From: a virus
Taxonomy: Duplodnaviria; Caudoviricetes
Length of the DNA stretch: 50,306 nucleotides
Virus record (IMG/VR): IMGVR_UViG_3300005611_000045
Location: 1-50,306 of that record
Strand: one strand, 5' to 3'
Numbering within the stretch: position 1 is the stretch's first letter; every line of letters starts with the position of its first letter. A model generated the notes under the pieces. That model ran no database searches. It was not told the origin of the DNA and saw only the letters and a list, made by a program, of their open reading frames with translations. Positions 38,801 to 49,122 of this stretch are shown piece by piece. The translations under genes and the position numbers were made by a program.

Positions 38801-39952
38801 AACCTGATCGAGCGGATTGTTGCTGAGAAAATGCGCGATGATCCTCGCTGGGCAGAGCGCTATATGGCCGACCTCGCATTGATGGGCCTGCCGCCGATCG
38901 TCCCGACATCGCTGCAGATGATCGGCGAAATGCAGTCTGGAAAGGACAGCTTTACCGGGCGCGATATCATCCCAAGCTACATTGCCGAGCGCAATCGCGC
39001 GCAGCAGTACACGCCCTACACGTCTGAGTTTGCCAAGATGGTCGGGCCCGCGCTCAACGTCTCACCAATGTATGTCGACTATCTAGTCAAGAAGCTGGGC
39101 ACGAGCTGGGGCCGCACGTTCCTGCAAATGAACGTCGAGGGTCTGCCATGGTACAATCCAAACAAGGCGGAGACCGGGCTTGATCAAGTGTTCATCGCCC
39201 GCAGATTCTTGTGGAAGCACGGCCGAGGGTCGGAAGCTGAGCGTGTGTTCCGTCAGGATGTGATGGGCGGAGAAGATCCGATTGCCGGCATATGGGAACG
39301 TCTTGCCATCCCGTATTCCAAGATGAGCGCGAAGGCCAAGGGCTATAAGAACATCAAGGATAAGGAAGGCGATCTGCCGCGCGCCATCGAAACGCTCGCA
39401 GCCATGAGCGATGCAGAACGCGGCTATGCCATCCTGCAAGGGCACTGGGAAGGCCGCAATGCCAAATATCGCAAGCTGCATCCGATGGCGCGGGTTGAAT
39501 CCATCAATCGCGTTGTTTCCCAGGTGCAGCGCGAAATCGTCTCGGATCTGTTCCATACCGGCGACCGCGGCAAGGTATCGTTCAAACAGATCATTCTCAC
39601 GCCGTCTGAAAAGCACGCTGCTCGAGATATCCTCACGCAGTACGGGGCGATGGAAATGCACAATGCACTGGTTTTGGCCGGCGAAGTCGGATGGGAAAAG
39701 AGGGGGTTTCTGCCGGCTGGCGATGTCATGGAAGAGCTGAAAGTGGCAGTACCGCGCGCCCATGCGGAAATCGCCAAACGTCTCAAAAAAGCAAAGGTTC
39801 TGCCGTTCGGCGGCATCAAGGCGGTCTGGCCGTCACTCAAGGGAAAGCTTGAAAGCCGGGAAACACTTGGCCGTCTGAAGCAAGGCCAGAAGTTACATAT
39901 AGTGGTGCCGCTTATCGGGGAATGGAGCCAGGCGAAGTTCGCTCCCGAATAA
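32834..39952 (+). CDS. Large polyvalent ejection protein (gp16-like): zincin metallopeptidase, ADP-ribosyltransferase-like and LPD38-like domains
   Basis: NPYDQFD x2; RHEAVH...EESVA; YHGT...WLS...GYDSI...EQVVVFDPSNIRS; DYSRHG...VPFMNAGLQG...RLPKPF. Confidence 0.8.
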   Translation: MALSPIAFTAANDDEEPIAQTVAYEPKASNPYDQFDEAPAAANPYDQFDPKRSEDPRADALGHAANYRHQNLSAQAGRSQAKASDGILGDWGKLTEDERKQWLTNELNTVDESKKSIQAEIARQQEQIAKYARPGEPIPPLLERGLTVARRHLDDINKREAKALAIQQGKIENAKVGPWRNIVDQVPLGLLDSFVANTIKSAGRAAGYLGRSAGADINPDNNQIVRAGEVVSRWANELFPGDKARQEEFITKLANGAGQMAGFMGTNVFTLLATASVKAATLATMTTGALVSGEEQFKSATQAMKARPGTVSEGDRLASYLIGLALGTTEALPIAKIIGGGGTITNRIVTGALAEGTQEAGQTFGGNVTARLYYDPNRKLSEGVVEGFALGAILGGGAGALFSGDAAAVEAKPAEPPPLTDSVPVNENVSRETTPEPQGVNGALEISGLPAIDAGEVVRTAQSLGIDIDENIVRQIIEGDEQTGALPPVMPENVKALEDYIVDGGNLSRRNYRDIAQKVGALESQMPALMGAMEERGLVRRDFRGDLRTGPRVQEMKAERRTQQQVDEIFSEAMARYGQMLPEGTTVEAFRWQEGMPFAQYQDGVISISHAALDPAEFIRHEAVHALRASNLFTAAEWKLLVEHASDKIAPHLLAQYRQAYQARENVEDLVAEESVANLIQQYVQGIRFNREIDTILQKIMEFLAAVGNALRGRGFQTVDDVIDRLFAGEIAERGAVRRTGDLAMAAIEQFDREPVTPGLDMSKEARLQRARDMGFDTDTVLYHGTTRTFDAFEPRSLGGVGPHVVWLSPDAEMVDGYAGLRYGVRNVLDHEAPQTVPVYVRGNQLVVNELQDGPHSTVESGILDRAKTEGYDSIAFKKMNDNGILQEQVVVFDPSNIRSVNAAFDPAHEGSSMLMYAMESDTHPSSQAVKGINDILRKLAMDAGIVMRQGRLRGQAAYNPATNILRAKSIHNGSQSFRVMGQAIGSKLMTERADVAQLVQDYAEELAAPAMPQSEELALVPTYEGQPVTYAGIDLDNQAQALLSDAVSAAMVYQKDLDAVSAAASSGYIIGRKVVDRSAMQASLDAYSKYLRRLRRKVGAKQAETLIADVLAHAPVDPNATATSIAMKRAVDLAQMSGYIRTRYSETGVPTEVAPITAQDAEPAFYDLMTDIILNPNAAYHSAPQFYEALTALLDRTTPTTLAAIETAQADLRSYFAANPRERVKAMIRSTSKRGMFRKFRENWDRFGIKEAIALEMHDIYTNRIGSNHPWWQATRHLLLTHQANYGGKLDLSKSDNPNALVRMASHARIHAARDIEKGIRALDGTEHEGSSLVGALKLALGDDRSTATDMGPDSRYREFGAYLMARMGIERWNKYENALATGEAAGLRPPYVIDKAEFERTVAEHETYYPEFVEAAEAIYEYQRNLLKLQRDGDLITPEQYDELIQDKDYVPSLRVFDEFDDLSRSSAMGAQGNPIKRFRGSMRDVVDPIASIAQKTFETRARIAKNRAWLRLLRLAEAAGPGGGFIAERLSATELKPIVVSLNQTLRSAAREAGVDPGEIGDLIDLAQDYLGADPTATVFSRGTIQPGKEPIVLAMESGRPVAIRLGADAEGTMGGKLAQQVWNAMNMLGEEHAGTLVDMASFFSNMVRGTVVTHPEFFVANLWRDGFMAAMYDPRAYPFWTQIRGAIDIATDSDAYNRYTAFAGMMGGEATSLMNLRAENDMTALVDRGYTFKVWDTPANMMSHMGDWFSPRNWKDKAFGATIGGLVGATVGAPVAGAVIGGTIGAKAAVKFGELSETATRVRLMEIAYQRAIRSGLPDVEAAQEAALWSHDYTDYSRHGAKMDAWRRIVPFMNAGLQGNDIYARRLMASGDYGTNLSKVMLYPAYRLGLVKFDNLTDTERQDVAFSAYTWMTTIMGLGTIALVQALLYRDDERLKLLPEYLKTNHWLIPLEDVVHVVSKDAAEKVAKEDVVLRLPKPFQTVWFANLIERIVAEKMRDDPRWAERYMADLALMGLPPIVPTSLQMIGEMQSGKDSFTGRDIIPSYIAERNRAQQYTPYTSEFAKMVGPALNVSPMYVDYLVKKLGTSWGRTFLQMNVEGLPWYNPNKAETGLDQVFIARRFLWKHGRGSEAERVFRQDVMGGEDPIAGIWERLAIPYSKMSAKAKGYKNIKDKEGDLPRAIETLAAMSDAERGYAILQGHWEGRNAKYRKLHPMARVESINRVVSQVQREIVSDLFHTGDRGKVSFKQIILTPSEKHAARDILTQYGAMEMHNALVLAGEVGWEKRGFLPAGDVMEELKVAVPRAHAEIAKRLKKAKVLPFGGIKAVWPSLKGKLESRETLGRLKQGQKLHIVVPLIGEWSQAKFAPE

Positions 39953-40095
39953 TTCGAACAAGTATCGCCAGAGCAACAAGTCTCAATAAAACGCCTTGGG
40001 ACGCAAAATTGCGTGCGTGTCCGTCAAGTCAAATCGGATGATATGTGCTAATCGTCGTCCACCATGTGCCGCGTATGTGCCAAGGAGCATTACAC

Positions 40096-40644
40096 GTGGC
40101 AGAATTGGCCGCCATTCCAACCAGAACGTCCGTCACTGTCACCGATAAGCAGACCGGTGGCAATGCAACTATTCCGGCTGCAACACCGCGTGCCGCCGGG
40201 GTGATGACGGCTGAGCAGTGCCAGTTGCTTGAGCAACTGCGTGTGCTCATGCACAGCGGCGGCATGCAGACGACAAACGTGGTTGCGCTCGCTCAGCAGA
40301 TGGGCCCGGTCGACATGGTGGACCTCAGTCTGCCGTCGCCGCTCGAAGTGCTGCCGCCGAACCATTCCGATGATCTCGCGCGCCGAGTGGCGGCGCTTGA
40401 AGCCCTGCCGCGCGGGGAAACAATTCATTCGATCATCAACGCCGTGACGACACTCCGGGACAGCATCGCACAGCGCTTGGCCAAGCTGGAAGCGCGCGTC
40501 ACCCGTCTTGAAACAAATGACAACGTGCCGCCGGCAGAAATCAATCAGATGCGCCAGCAGATCAGTGAGATGCAGACATGGGTCGGTGGCGTGAAGGCGT
40601 TGCTTGATGACCCGACCCCGGTAATGGTGGAAGACAATGGTTGA
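40096..40644 (+). CDS. Hypothetical tail-associated protein
   Basis: AAGGAG RBS then GTG; ATIPAAT..AAGVM motif and coiled coil. Confidence 0.6.
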   Translation: MAELAAIPTRTSVTVTDKQTGGNATIPAATPRAAGVMTAEQCQLLEQLRVLMHSGGMQTTNVVALAQQMGPVDMVDLSLPSPLEVLPPNHSDDLARRVAALEALPRGETIHSIINAVTTLRDSIAQRLAKLEARVTRLETNDNVPPAEINQMRQQISEMQTWVGGVKALLDDPTPVMVEDNG

Positions 40645-43600
40645 AATTGCCGATTATGATGCGTCAACAGCGCTCGATGTCTTTAACACGAGCAAAGCAG
40701 ATCGGCGTCCCGCGCGGCTATGGTCGATTGAAAAATCAATCCAGACGCTTGCAGAGATTGGCATTGTGTCATTGTTCGAGGGCGCGGGAACGGACCCGAC
40801 CGGTCTGACCGGGTATGCCAGCACGAAGCTATGGCTTAATGCATCGGCAGGCGTCACAGCGGCGCCTGGAACGGTGCGTTATTACGTCGGAAGCGGCGCT
40901 GAAACAGATGTCGCGAATTGGCCGGCGCTCACTCTTGCGGGTTTCCGTGCGCACCTGGATGTTTATACGCAGGCGGAAGTCGATGCGCTGATTTCAGGCG
41001 GCTTGCCGACGTTTACCAGTGACAATTTTTCGAATGAATCGAGCGTGTCCGGGGCGACCATTACGGACGCTCTCAACACGCTGCTCGCGGCACTGGCAAG
41101 CTATGTGCCAACCAGTGAGCTAGGTGTTGCCGATGGTGTCGCTACGCTCGATGGATCTGGCAAACTGACACCATCCCAAATCCCTGCAGTCCTGACATCT
41201 CCGTTCCAATTTCAGGGAACATGGAATGCTTCGACCAACACGCCGACACTGGCAGACGGCACAGGGACAGCCGGGCACGTCTATCGGGTGTCCGTGGCAG
41301 GGACCACAAGCCTTGATGGTGTCGCGTCATGGCAGGTCGGTGATGAGCTTTATTTTGACGGCACGGTTTGGGATAAGCTGTCATCCTCATCCGGTGGTGT
41401 GGCTGCATCGAGCGAATTGCTTCTCAGTATAGACGCACGTGTCGATGGTTATGCTCAGACAAACGTACACGGCGGCGGGCGATGGCGGGCACACTGGCGC
41501 AGAGATCAGACCGCAATTGTCATTTATGGCGATCAGTCAGGATTGGGATTTGACCCGGCCGACGACAACTGGGGACCATTCCTGGTCCCATGGGACGCCG
41601 CCACGAATGGCAATATCACTGCGATGTATGCCGGTATCGATTATTTGCTGATCCTAACGGACCTTGCCACCGGCAACCTGTTCCACATAGGTGCGACGGG
41701 CGACGGCCAGGGCGGACTCGGCGCCACGTCGGGCACAACACTTGTGCCGGCACGGATTACACAGTTTGTTACCGATGCAGTTAAGATCGCAAGCGTAACC
41801 ACAGAATCCAGAGCGAGCGCAACCACTAAATTCTGGTTTGCCGTGACGACTGGCGGTGCGGTTTATTCGTGCGGATACTCCGGCCCCACGCATACGATGG
41901 GCTACAACAACACGGCTAATCTGTCCACGCCGCGCCTGATGACCGAATCGGACGGTTCCACGGCACTCGCTAATATTACCGCCGTGGCGGCCTGCGTTGC
42001 CGCGGCTCCGGTGTGGGCCATTACCAGCGCTGGCAAGGCCTATCGATGGGGCGCTGGAACAAGTGGCGCCCATGGCAACAACGGCACGTCTGCATTGACT
42101 TGGCCGGAGGCTTTGGAAACGACGCATGGGTCTGGAGTCGACCGAACGGATATATCGGCAGTAGCCACACAGGGCGGCACTCGCGCGGTGACGTGGTTGC
42201 TGACGATATCAGGGGGTGTCGAAGTTGCCGGCTCTCAGCTTTACGGAAATGGTGATGGCGCCGCGCTCGCTGATGCCAACCGCCTGACATTCGTGTCGGT
42301 AGCCGGTACGATCTCAACAAAGACTGTAACAAGTTTGTATTCAGGTGGCGGCGATGCGCCGAGCTGCGTTGCAGTTACCGATGAGGGCAAGCCGTATCTT
42401 GTCGGTAATGCAAGCAGTGGTCTTCTTGGCGATGGCAGCACATCGGATTTAGCGACATTCACGGAAATCACGGCACTTCCGAGTGGGTTTTCTGGTGCCG
42501 TGACAAATGCTAGAATTGCAGGCGGCGCCAGTCTTGAAACGGTTTACATCGAGGCAACGATAGCCGCAGCCAAGCGTATCGCCGCAATCGGTTATGGCAC
42601 CTATTATGCAACTGCAACAGGCAATGCAGATATTGCTGCGGCAAGTCGCACGTATAAGGAGGTGGTGGGCGCGCACGCAGCGATTCAAAGTTGGAGCACT
42701 GTCGGAGATAATACGATCTATGGCCTGGAACTGCTCGATGCCAATGGCCTACTTTGGTATGCTGGCGGCAACGATCAAGGCCAGGCTGGCGTGCAGCCGG
42801 GCAATCTGCACTCTGTGCCGTACCTCCAGCCATGCATGCTATCTGGGCCTCTTGTGGCCAAGGCGCCGACACATCGCGGCATCTATTCCGGTTTGACCGA
42901 GTACAGCTATAGCGATGAGGTTGAGAATCAGGATTCAACATGGCGCTACATTCACACGACCGCGTCCACTGGCAATGCGCCGCCGACATTGCCCACACAG
43001 AGCAACACTTATTGGCAACTGATAGCGAAGGCCGGCGTCGACGGTGTATCGCTTAATTGGTCCGGCGCATGGGCGACCAGTACGGCCTATGCCGTGCAGG
43101 ATGGTATCGAGAACGACGGATCGTCTTATATTTGCACGACGGCACACACGTCGAGCGCTGGTGATGAGCCGGGCGTTGGTGGTAGCTGGGCAACGTATTG
43201 GGATCTGGCGGCTGCGAAGGGCGATACGGGCCAGACGGGGGCAACAGGCGCGGCCGGTGCCACAGGTGCAACGGGGGCTGCGGGTGCGACGGGTGCGTCG
43301 GCGCCGCTGCTCATGGACTACAATTGGTCGACTGGAACTAGCGGTGATCCGAGCTCCGGTGCCATCCGCATCGACAATGCAACGTATTCCGCTCTATCGG
43401 AATTTGCAATCAGCGAAACCGATCGGCTTGGCAGTGACTTGTCGGCCTTGCTGGCCGATCTTGACAACAGCACCAACACGATTAAGGCGCGCGTGCGCAT
43501 CGTTGATGTCCTCGATAACACCAAGTGGCTGGCGCTCAACCTGACATCGGTTTTGACGGATGCTGGTGGCTACGACACGTTTACTGCGTCGTTTGTCGGC

Positions 43601-44818
43601 GAAGGCGCTGCGCTGACGGATGGCAATCGCGTTGCGGTCATCGTCACGCCGATGAGCGACAAAGGCAACGACGGTGCGGGAACCGGCGATGTGTCGGCTG
43701 CGTCTAATTTTGGCACAGACAACGTCCTGATCAAGTCGGACGGGACCGCCAAGGGCGTGCAAGCCACGGGCGTCACGGTCGATGACAGCAACAATGTGAC
43801 GGGTGTTAATTCGATTACGTTGGCCGGCGATCCTAGTACGTCCCTGCAGGCAGCAACCAAGCAGTATGTCGACAACCTTGCGGCTGGCCTAAAGGTCAAG
43901 CCGAGTGCTCGGGCGGCGACCACGGCCAACATCACGCTTTCCGGTGCGCAGACAATCGACGGTGTGTCTGTTGTTGCGAGCGACATTGTGCTGGTCAAGG
44001 ACCAGACAGCATCTTCTGAAAACGGTCTTTATGTGGCAGCGGCTGGTGCGTGGGCACGGCACGAGCGGCTGGACGCCTGGGCCGAGGTGCCGGGCGCCCT
44101 TGTGCTGGTCGAGGAAGGCACGGCGAACAGCGATAGCGGCTGGATCAGTACGGCAGACGCAGGCGGCACGCTCGACACGACCGCGATTACTTGGTCGCAA
44201 TTCTTCGGGACTGGCTTGTTTCAAGCTGCCGATGCGGAACTGTCGGCAATTGCCGCCTTGGCGTCGGCAGCAAACAAGCTTCCATATTTCACGGGCTCAG
44301 GATCTGCGGCCCTTGCTGACCTGACGGCTGCTGCGCGCAGTCTTCTGGCATTGGCTGACCCTGGCGCTGATCGTCTGCTGATGTGGGATGATAGTGCTGG
44401 TGCTTTTGTGTTCCCTACGATCGGCGCTGGAATAGAGATAGACGGAACAACTGTTAGAACGATTGAGACAATCACGATTGCATGTTCTGACGAAACGACA
44501 GCGCTGACAACTGGAGCGGGCAAGGCGACATTTCGGATGCCGTTTGCTTTGACAGTCACCGATGTCAAAGCATCGGTCACGACCGCACCAACTGGGGCTG
44601 CTTTGACGGTAGACGTCAACGACGGTGGAACGTCGATACTGTCAACAAAGCTAACGATTGATGCGACTGAGAAAACATCCGAGACGGCGGCAACGGCTGC
44701 TGTGATCAGCGACACGGCTCTGGCGGATGATGCCGAAGTGACAATCGATATTGACGCCGTTGGTTCAACCGTTGCCGGTGCGGGGCTGAAGGTTACCATC
44801 GTAGGTTACCGCCCATGA
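40637..44818 (+). CDS. Tail fibre/spike: RCC1-like propeller, carbohydrate-binding-like repeats, collagen-like segment
   Basis: G.G..GQ.G repeats; [11 protein letters not shown]...[12 protein letters not shown]; nine GXY triplets at 43220-43300; AATKQYVD. Confidence 0.8.
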   Translation: MVEIADYDASTALDVFNTSKADRRPARLWSIEKSIQTLAEIGIVSLFEGAGTDPTGLTGYASTKLWLNASAGVTAAPGTVRYYVGSGAETDVANWPALTLAGFRAHLDVYTQAEVDALISGGLPTFTSDNFSNESSVSGATITDALNTLLAALASYVPTSELGVADGVATLDGSGKLTPSQIPAVLTSPFQFQGTWNASTNTPTLADGTGTAGHVYRVSVAGTTSLDGVASWQVGDELYFDGTVWDKLSSSSGGVAASSELLLSIDARVDGYAQTNVHGGGRWRAHWRRDQTAIVIYGDQSGLGFDPADDNWGPFLVPWDAATNGNITAMYAGIDYLLILTDLATGNLFHIGATGDGQGGLGATSGTTLVPARITQFVTDAVKIASVTTESRASATTKFWFAVTTGGAVYSCGYSGPTHTMGYNNTANLSTPRLMTESDGSTALANITAVAACVAAAPVWAITSAGKAYRWGAGTSGAHGNNGTSALTWPEALETTHGSGVDRTDISAVATQGGTRAVTWLLTISGGVEVAGSQLYGNGDGAALADANRLTFVSVAGTISTKTVTSLYSGGGDAPSCVAVTDEGKPYLVGNASSGLLGDGSTSDLATFTEITALPSGFSGAVTNARIAGGASLETVYIEATIAAAKRIAAIGYGTYYATATGNADIAAASRTYKEVVGAHAAIQSWSTVGDNTIYGLELLDANGLLWYAGGNDQGQAGVQPGNLHSVPYLQPCMLSGPLVAKAPTHRGIYSGLTEYSYSDEVENQDSTWRYIHTTASTGNAPPTLPTQSNTYWQLIAKAGVDGVSLNWSGAWATSTAYAVQDGIENDGSSYICTTAHTSSAGDEPGVGGSWATYWDLAAAKGDTGQTGATGAAGATGATGAAGATGASAPLLMDYNWSTGTSGDPSSGAIRIDNATYSALSEFAISETDRLGSDLSALLADLDNSTNTIKARVRIVDVLDNTKWLALNLTSVLTDAGGYDTFTASFVGEGAALTDGNRVAVIVTPMSDKGNDGAGTGDVSAASNFGTDNVLIKSDGTAKGVQATGVTVDDSNNVTGVNSITLAGDPSTSLQAATKQYVDNLAAGLKVKPSARAATTANITLSGAQTIDGVSVVASDIVLVKDQTASSENGLYVAAAGAWARHERLDAWAEVPGALVLVEEGTANSDSGWISTADAGGTLDTTAITWSQFFGTGLFQAADAELSAIAALASAANKLPYFTGSGSAALADLTAAARSLLALADPGADRLLMWDDSAGAFVFPTIGAGIEIDGTTVRTIETITIACSDETTALTTGAGKATFRMPFALTVTDVKASVTTAPTGAALTVDVNDGGTSILSTKLTIDATEKTSETAATAAVISDTALADDAEVTIDIDAVGSTVAGAGLKVTIVGYRP

Positions 44819-45783
44819 GCAACCTGATCATCAATCCCTATCGGTTTGGTAGTGCAGCCAGCTCAACCATCCTTGACATTGAGTATCCCGACGCCACGAC
44901 AGGAACTCACGATCTTGCGACGGGTGATCTCGTGCTGCCGTATGACTCAGAAGACAAGCCGTATCGCATCACACCGCGAAGCAATGTTGACGTGGATATT
45001 GATCTGTGGGGTGGCGGTGGTGGCTGGGGTCAGAATGTAACTAGCTCAGCCGCAGCAGCAGGCGCTGGCGCGAAAGTGTCGGTTACTGGCTATGCACTTA
45101 CTGGTGGCACAGAATATCTGGCTGTGGTTGGCGAGGGTGGTCAGCGCGGTTCGTCGAATAGTCTCGCTGGCGGCTGGCCAGACGGTGGAGATCACACTGC
45201 TGCAACCGCCTTTGGCTACGTTCGGGGAACGGGCGGAGGGTCATCTCGCTTTGCGGTTACGTCAGATGTCACGAATAGCGGTAATACGACGGCTGATCTT
45301 AACAATGCATCGAGTGATTATCTTGCAATAGCAGCGGCTGGTGGTGGTGCTGGGGCTGGGGTAGCGCCCGCAGCAAATGCTGGTGCCGGGGGCGCTGATA
45401 CTGGCGCGGATGGTAATGATTACTCAGGCGTCGATTTTGGCGGCCACGGCGGTACGCAATCGGCAGGTGGTACGGGTAGTTCGGGTCGCACTGGCACAGG
45501 TGGCAGTGGTGGCAAGTATGCTGGCGGTGATGGACAGACGGCATCTGATGCCAGTTCTGGGACTGGCGGCGGCGGCTACTACGGTGGCGGCGCAGGGGGA
45601 GGCTACTACGCGCCAGGCGGCGGCGGTTCGTCGTATCTCGACAGCGGCGTTAGCGGGACAAAGACGGCCGGTGCAGATGACGTGGCGCCATCTGGTCAAC
45701 CAGCTAGCTATCCGAATGCCGGCGATGCGAAATCGCTCGACGTTGGCTATAACGGTGTCGTCGTCATGTCGCTGGCATCATAA
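44815..45783 (+). CDS. Glycine-rich tail/receptor-binding protein
   Basis: INPYRF start; [16 protein letters not shown]. Confidence 0.7.
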   Translation: MSNLIINPYRFGSAASSTILDIEYPDATTGTHDLATGDLVLPYDSEDKPYRITPRSNVDVDIDLWGGGGGWGQNVTSSAAAAGAGAKVSVTGYALTGGTEYLAVVGEGGQRGSSNSLAGGWPDGGDHTAATAFGYVRGTGGGSSRFAVTSDVTNSGNTTADLNNASSDYLAIAAAGGGAGAGVAPAANAGAGGADTGADGNDYSGVDFGGHGGTQSAGGTGSSGRTGTGGSGGKYAGGDGQTASDASSGTGGGGYYGGGAGGGYYAPGGGGSSYLDSGVSGTKTAGADDVAPSGQPASYPNAGDAKSLDVGYNGVVVMSLAS

Positions 45784-45872
45784 AAGGAGCATGAGATGAC
45801 GCACGCAGTCGGCGAGGACGTGAATCGCCAGGCATCGGCATGATTACTCCAAACACTAGTCAGGTGAGGGCC

Positions 45873-45980
45873 ATGGCGGGACGGAAGCGGCCGGATGACG
45901 AACATCTACCGCTGCGGATCAAGATGCTGTTGCTCTGCGTTTTCGTGGGGGTTGCGGGGGTGGCCTATGCAAATTTCTGA
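45873..45980 (+). CDS. Tiny single-TM protein (35 aa), possible holin/antiholin
   Basis: Own translation MAGRKRPDDEHLPLRIKMLLLCVFVGVAGVAYANF; overlaps endolysin start. Confidence 0.4.
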   Translation: MAGRKRPDDEHLPLRIKMLLLCVFVGVAGVAYANF

Positions 45981-46752
45981 TGCCGGGCTGGATCTGATTA
46001 AATCGTTTGAAGGATATCTCAAGCGACAAGCCAACGGCGACTGCACGGCCTATCTATGCCCGGCTGGCGTGCCGACGATCGGTTGGGGCTGTACGCATGG
46101 CGTCAGACTTGGGATGCGCTGGACAGAGCAGGAGGCGACTGACGGCCTGCGTCGGGAGTTGAACGACATCGAAGCCGCGGTCAATCGCTATGTGACTGTT
46201 CCAGTCAATCAGAACCAGTACGATGCGCTTGTCTCCTTCACCTACAACCTTGGTGCGGGCAACCTTAAAAAGTCAACGCTTCTGCGCAAGGTCAATGCCG
46301 GGGACTTCGACGGTGCCGAAAGGGAATTCGGCAAGTGGGTATCGGCCCGCAACGGTGCCGGCGGCAAGCGCATCGTGTATCGCGGATTGGTCCGGCGGCG
46401 CAAGGCAGAGGCAGCCATGTTCGCCGATAACAACATCGTCCCGGTGCCCATGGCGGAGCAGACGGAAGAGCAAACCATGCCGCAGGCGCCCGAGAAGAAA
46501 CCAATCAAGAAGTCGCCGCTTGTCCCGGTTGGGCTCGGGGTGGGTGGTTTCTTCGCTTGGTTATTTGACCAGATCGATCATGTGTTCCAGTGGCTCATTC
46601 TGGCGGCCTCGAAATTCGCCGAGCTGTCACCGGCCAAGGGCATGCTTGCGGAAGCTGGAGCCAACTCTCACGCGATCATCGGCGGGCTTGTCGCGGTGTG
46701 CGGGTTTGTGGCGCTCAAGTTGATGTGGAAGCCGGACGAGGAAGCGCCATGA
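45967..46752 (+). CDS. Endolysin, GH24 lysozyme with C-terminal hydrophobic helices
   Basis: IKSFEG...YLCPAGVPTIGWGCT, QNQYDALVSFTYNLG, GLVRRRKAE. Confidence 0.9.
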   Translation: MQISDAGLDLIKSFEGYLKRQANGDCTAYLCPAGVPTIGWGCTHGVRLGMRWTEQEATDGLRRELNDIEAAVNRYVTVPVNQNQYDALVSFTYNLGAGNLKKSTLLRKVNAGDFDGAEREFGKWVSARNGAGGKRIVYRGLVRRRKAEAAMFADNNIVPVPMAEQTEEQTMPQAPEKKPIKKSPLVPVGLGVGGFFAWLFDQIDHVFQWLILAASKFAELSPAKGMLAEAGANSHAIIGGLVAVCGFVALKLMWKPDEEAP

Positions 46753-47000
46753 TCTATGGAGCGTTTGCCTTCCTGAAAGGCATCATCATCGATCGAGGCT
46801 ATATGCTCGGCCTCGCTGCGGCAGCGGTGTTCATGCTGTCGAGCTGGAAAACGTCAATCGAGCAAGGTGCTGCGTCAAAGGTCATCAACCAGGTTCAGGA
46901 GGCCAATCGCAATGCACCGAAAGCTGGCCATCGTGCCGCTGCTAATTCTGGCAAGCCCGCATCTCGGGGGGTGTGCCCTGCTTGGATCGAAGGCTGCTAG
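46749..47000 (+). CDS. Putative inner-membrane spanin (Rz-like)
   Basis: N-terminal TM, follows endolysin. Confidence 0.55.
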   Translation: MIYGAFAFLKGIIIDRGYMLGLAAAAVFMLSSWKTSIEQGAASKVINQVQEANRNAPKAGHRAAANSGKPASRGVCPAWIEGC

Positions 47001-47190
47001 AGTGCCGCCCGAAGTCGCCGTTTTTGCAACGCAGGTGCCGTCTGTTCCGGCATACAAGGACAATCGCTGCGCTCAATTGAGAGCCATCGCCAAGCAGAAA
47101 GCGTTCCTTCATGCGGCAGCAACTGGAGAAGAGAAAGAATTCCAGATCCCGCCACGTTGCGCAAAGCCGAAAGGTAAAGGGACAGCGTGA
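46912..47190 (+). CDS. Putative outer-membrane lipoprotein spanin (Rz1-like)
   Basis: AGGAGG RBS; lipobox LGGC; overlaps Rz-like gene. Confidence 0.65.
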   Translation: MHRKLAIVPLLILASPHLGGCALLGSKAARVPPEVAVFATQVPSVPAYKDNRCAQLRAIAKQKAFLHAAATGEEKEFQIPPRCAKPKGKGTA

Positions 47191-47588
47191 TGGCATTCGG
47201 CGACTTGGATTTCGTGGCTGCTTTCCGGTTTTTGGTTTGGACCGTGGCGCTTGCCGCTGCGATCGTGCTGGCTCACTACCGGCACTATACACCATCCCCG
47301 GACATGAAAGTTCGATTGGCCGGCGCTGTCTTGGTGAAGGTCGGCATTGCTGTGCACCAGTGCTATTATTGGCTGAGATGGCGGCACAATACAGACGTTG
47401 AAATTCAAACAGCTCTTGGGAGCATACGGCACATCACCAGCGTTGCCCTTGTGGTCATCGTTGTGGGCATGATCCTGATCATGCAGCCGTTTTTCAAACA
47501 GTACGCCGGGCGCTGGTGGTGGTCGGCCGGTCTCGCCTGCCTCGTGATGCTGTGGGCGATCGGATATGGGGACGCAGCATGGCGGTGA
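47187..47588 (+). CDS. Four-TM membrane protein
   Basis: Four hydrophobic helices. Confidence 0.65.
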   Translation: MMAFGDLDFVAAFRFLVWTVALAAAIVLAHYRHYTPSPDMKVRLAGAVLVKVGIAVHQCYYWLRWRHNTDVEIQTALGSIRHITSVALVVIVVGMILIMQPFFKQYAGRWWWSAGLACLVMLWAIGYGDAAWR

Positions 47589-47591
47589 CTC

Positions 47592-47858
47592 ATGAACTTC
47601 GATCCTTTGACCTATGCCCTGCGGAGAGTCGATCGCAACGAGGATCGTATCCGGAAAACAGAACACACGCTGATACAGCAGGCAGACACTATACAGGATC
47701 ACAGCGCACGTTTGGACCAGCTGGAAGCCTGGAGGCAGAGATTGGACGCGCTCTTGCGCAAATGGCCCTACCTGGTCGCCCCGACCGCCGTGATCGTCGC
47801 GAACATGACGCCGAAGGAAATCGCGGGCCTAATCGCAAGCCTCATCAAAGCCTTTTGA
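47592..47858 (+). CDS. Coiled-coil + TM protein (XhlA-like holin candidate)
   Basis: R..R.E coiled coil followed by hydrophobic C-terminus. Confidence 0.5.
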   Translation: MNFDPLTYALRRVDRNEDRIRKTEHTLIQQADTIQDHSARLDQLEAWRQRLDALLRKWPYLVAPTAVIVANMTPKEIAGLIASLIKAF

Positions 47859-48005
47859 TCGGCCATCTGTTCTGGTTTCTGATTTGGCTCGGGGGGGTTG
47901 CTGCTGGCATGCAGATATTCGCGGAAGTTCTGAGGCGGTTGTAGCTGCGGTCAGTCGATTCTTCTCAGGTGGCCAGTTGATCCAGTGACGGGAGATCACC
48001 TGGGT

Positions 48006-48245
48006 TCATGGAAGTAAAACTATATGCACTAGTCCGTAAATGGCGAGCGCGTGCACCGCTACGACATAAATCGAGAGTACGAAAGCGCCGAGCTCGCGCG
48101 TGATTTCGAGTTCCTGGTCCTGATCGTCGATGATCTTGAGGAAGAACAGCCAGGTCAGCTGGCTGATGCGCTGAGCATCGCCATCGACGCCGACGTCCTG
48201 GCGCATGATGTCCTGAATGGATTTGACGGTGGTACGGACGATCAT
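48006..48245 (-). pseudogene. hsdM: Type I R-M HsdM N-terminal fragment (~50 aa) fused to a hydrophobic tail
   Basis: VKSIQDIMRQDVGVDGDAQRISQLTWLFFLKIIDDQDQELE; similarity ends near 48095. Confidence 0.85.
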
Positions 48246-48248
48246 GGT

Positions 48249-48704
48249 TCAGGCGGTCTCCTGGTAGAGCGCGTCCTGCAACTCGTGGACGGCCTTCTCG
48301 AAGCCCGCCTTGCCGCCGAACGCGTTGATGAGTTGAACGACGCTGCCCATGGCGGTGAAGGGTGTCACCTTCAGCACATTAGCGTCGTCGAGATTGAGCA
48401 CGCCCTCGTCGCGGTACTTCTCCAGCAGCGCGTCGAGGACGGCGCGGACTTGCGGCCCGTATATGCTGCCGTCGCCGTAGATCGCGCCAAGGATGTCGGG
48501 CTGGCCGTTCGGAGGGCGTGGAACATTGTGGCGCGCGTGCATGTCGTCAAACTCGATCCGCAGCTTGAGGTACTTTTCCACGATGTCCTCAACGGGGATG
48601 GGCGGCACGATCGTCACACACCGAGCGCGCTCATACTCGCCGATCAGGGAAGCAGCGTCGCGCTCGATGGCCTCTTCGGCAAGATAGGGAACAAATCGGC
48701 TCAT
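48249..48704 (-). CDS. In-frame chimera: ImmA/IrrE-family N-terminus (no HExxH) + HsdR C-terminal (EcoEI_R_C-like) end
   Basis: PYLAEEAIERDA...PPIPVEDIVEKYLKL...ILGAI then YGPQVRAVLDALLEKYRDEG...LKVTPF..MG...AFGGK...LQDALY. Confidence 0.8.
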   Translation of the reverse strand: MSRFVPYLAEEAIERDAASLIGEYERARCVTIVPPIPVEDIVEKYLKLRIEFDDMHARHNVPRPPNGQPDILGAIYGDGSIYGPQVRAVLDALLEKYRDEGVLNLDDANVLKVTPFTAMGSVVQLINAFGGKAGFEKAVHELQDALYQETA

Positions 48705-48748
48705 CAGTCATCCTTCATCTGCATCAGAGGGGCCGTGCCCCGTTGGCT

Positions 48749-49102
48749 TCACTTACCCTTGGCCTTCCCTGCCTCCCGCGATAGCCGGGCCAGGTCCTCG
48801 GCGCTCAGGCCGTTGGCGGTTCGCAGCAGCGCCGACATTTCGACGGGATGCCGCTTGATGATGTCGGCGAGGTCGGAGGGCACGCGCCCCGCCATCGCCA
48901 GCAATTCGTCCGGATCGCATTCTAGAATCTGCGCGATCGACCGAACCTTGTCCTCAGTCGGCGGCGTGAACTCGTCGCGCTCCACCTTCGACATATAGGT
49001 CGGGCTCACTCCGATCTTCTTGGCCATCTCGCGCAAGCCGATCTCCCGCGCCTCACGCTCGCGGCGAATAAACGCCCCGAACTTCTCCCTCCCGCTGGTC
49101 AT
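48749..49102 (-). CDS. XRE-family HTH transcriptional regulator, intact
   Basis: FGAFIRREREAREIGLREMAKKIGVSPTYMSKVER...DELLAMAGRVP; GGAG RBS. Confidence 0.9.
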   Translation of the reverse strand: MTSGREKFGAFIRREREAREIGLREMAKKIGVSPTYMSKVERDEFTPPTEDKVRSIAQILECDPDELLAMAGRVPSDLADIIKRHPVEMSALLRTANGLSAEDLARLSREAGKAKGK

Positions 49103-49122
49103 GGCTCCTGTCTCCGTTTCCT

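Noticed and set aside
48051-48998. 315-aa plus-strand ORF
   Set aside because: Antisense shadow of the GC-rich XRE/ImmA/hsd fragments.
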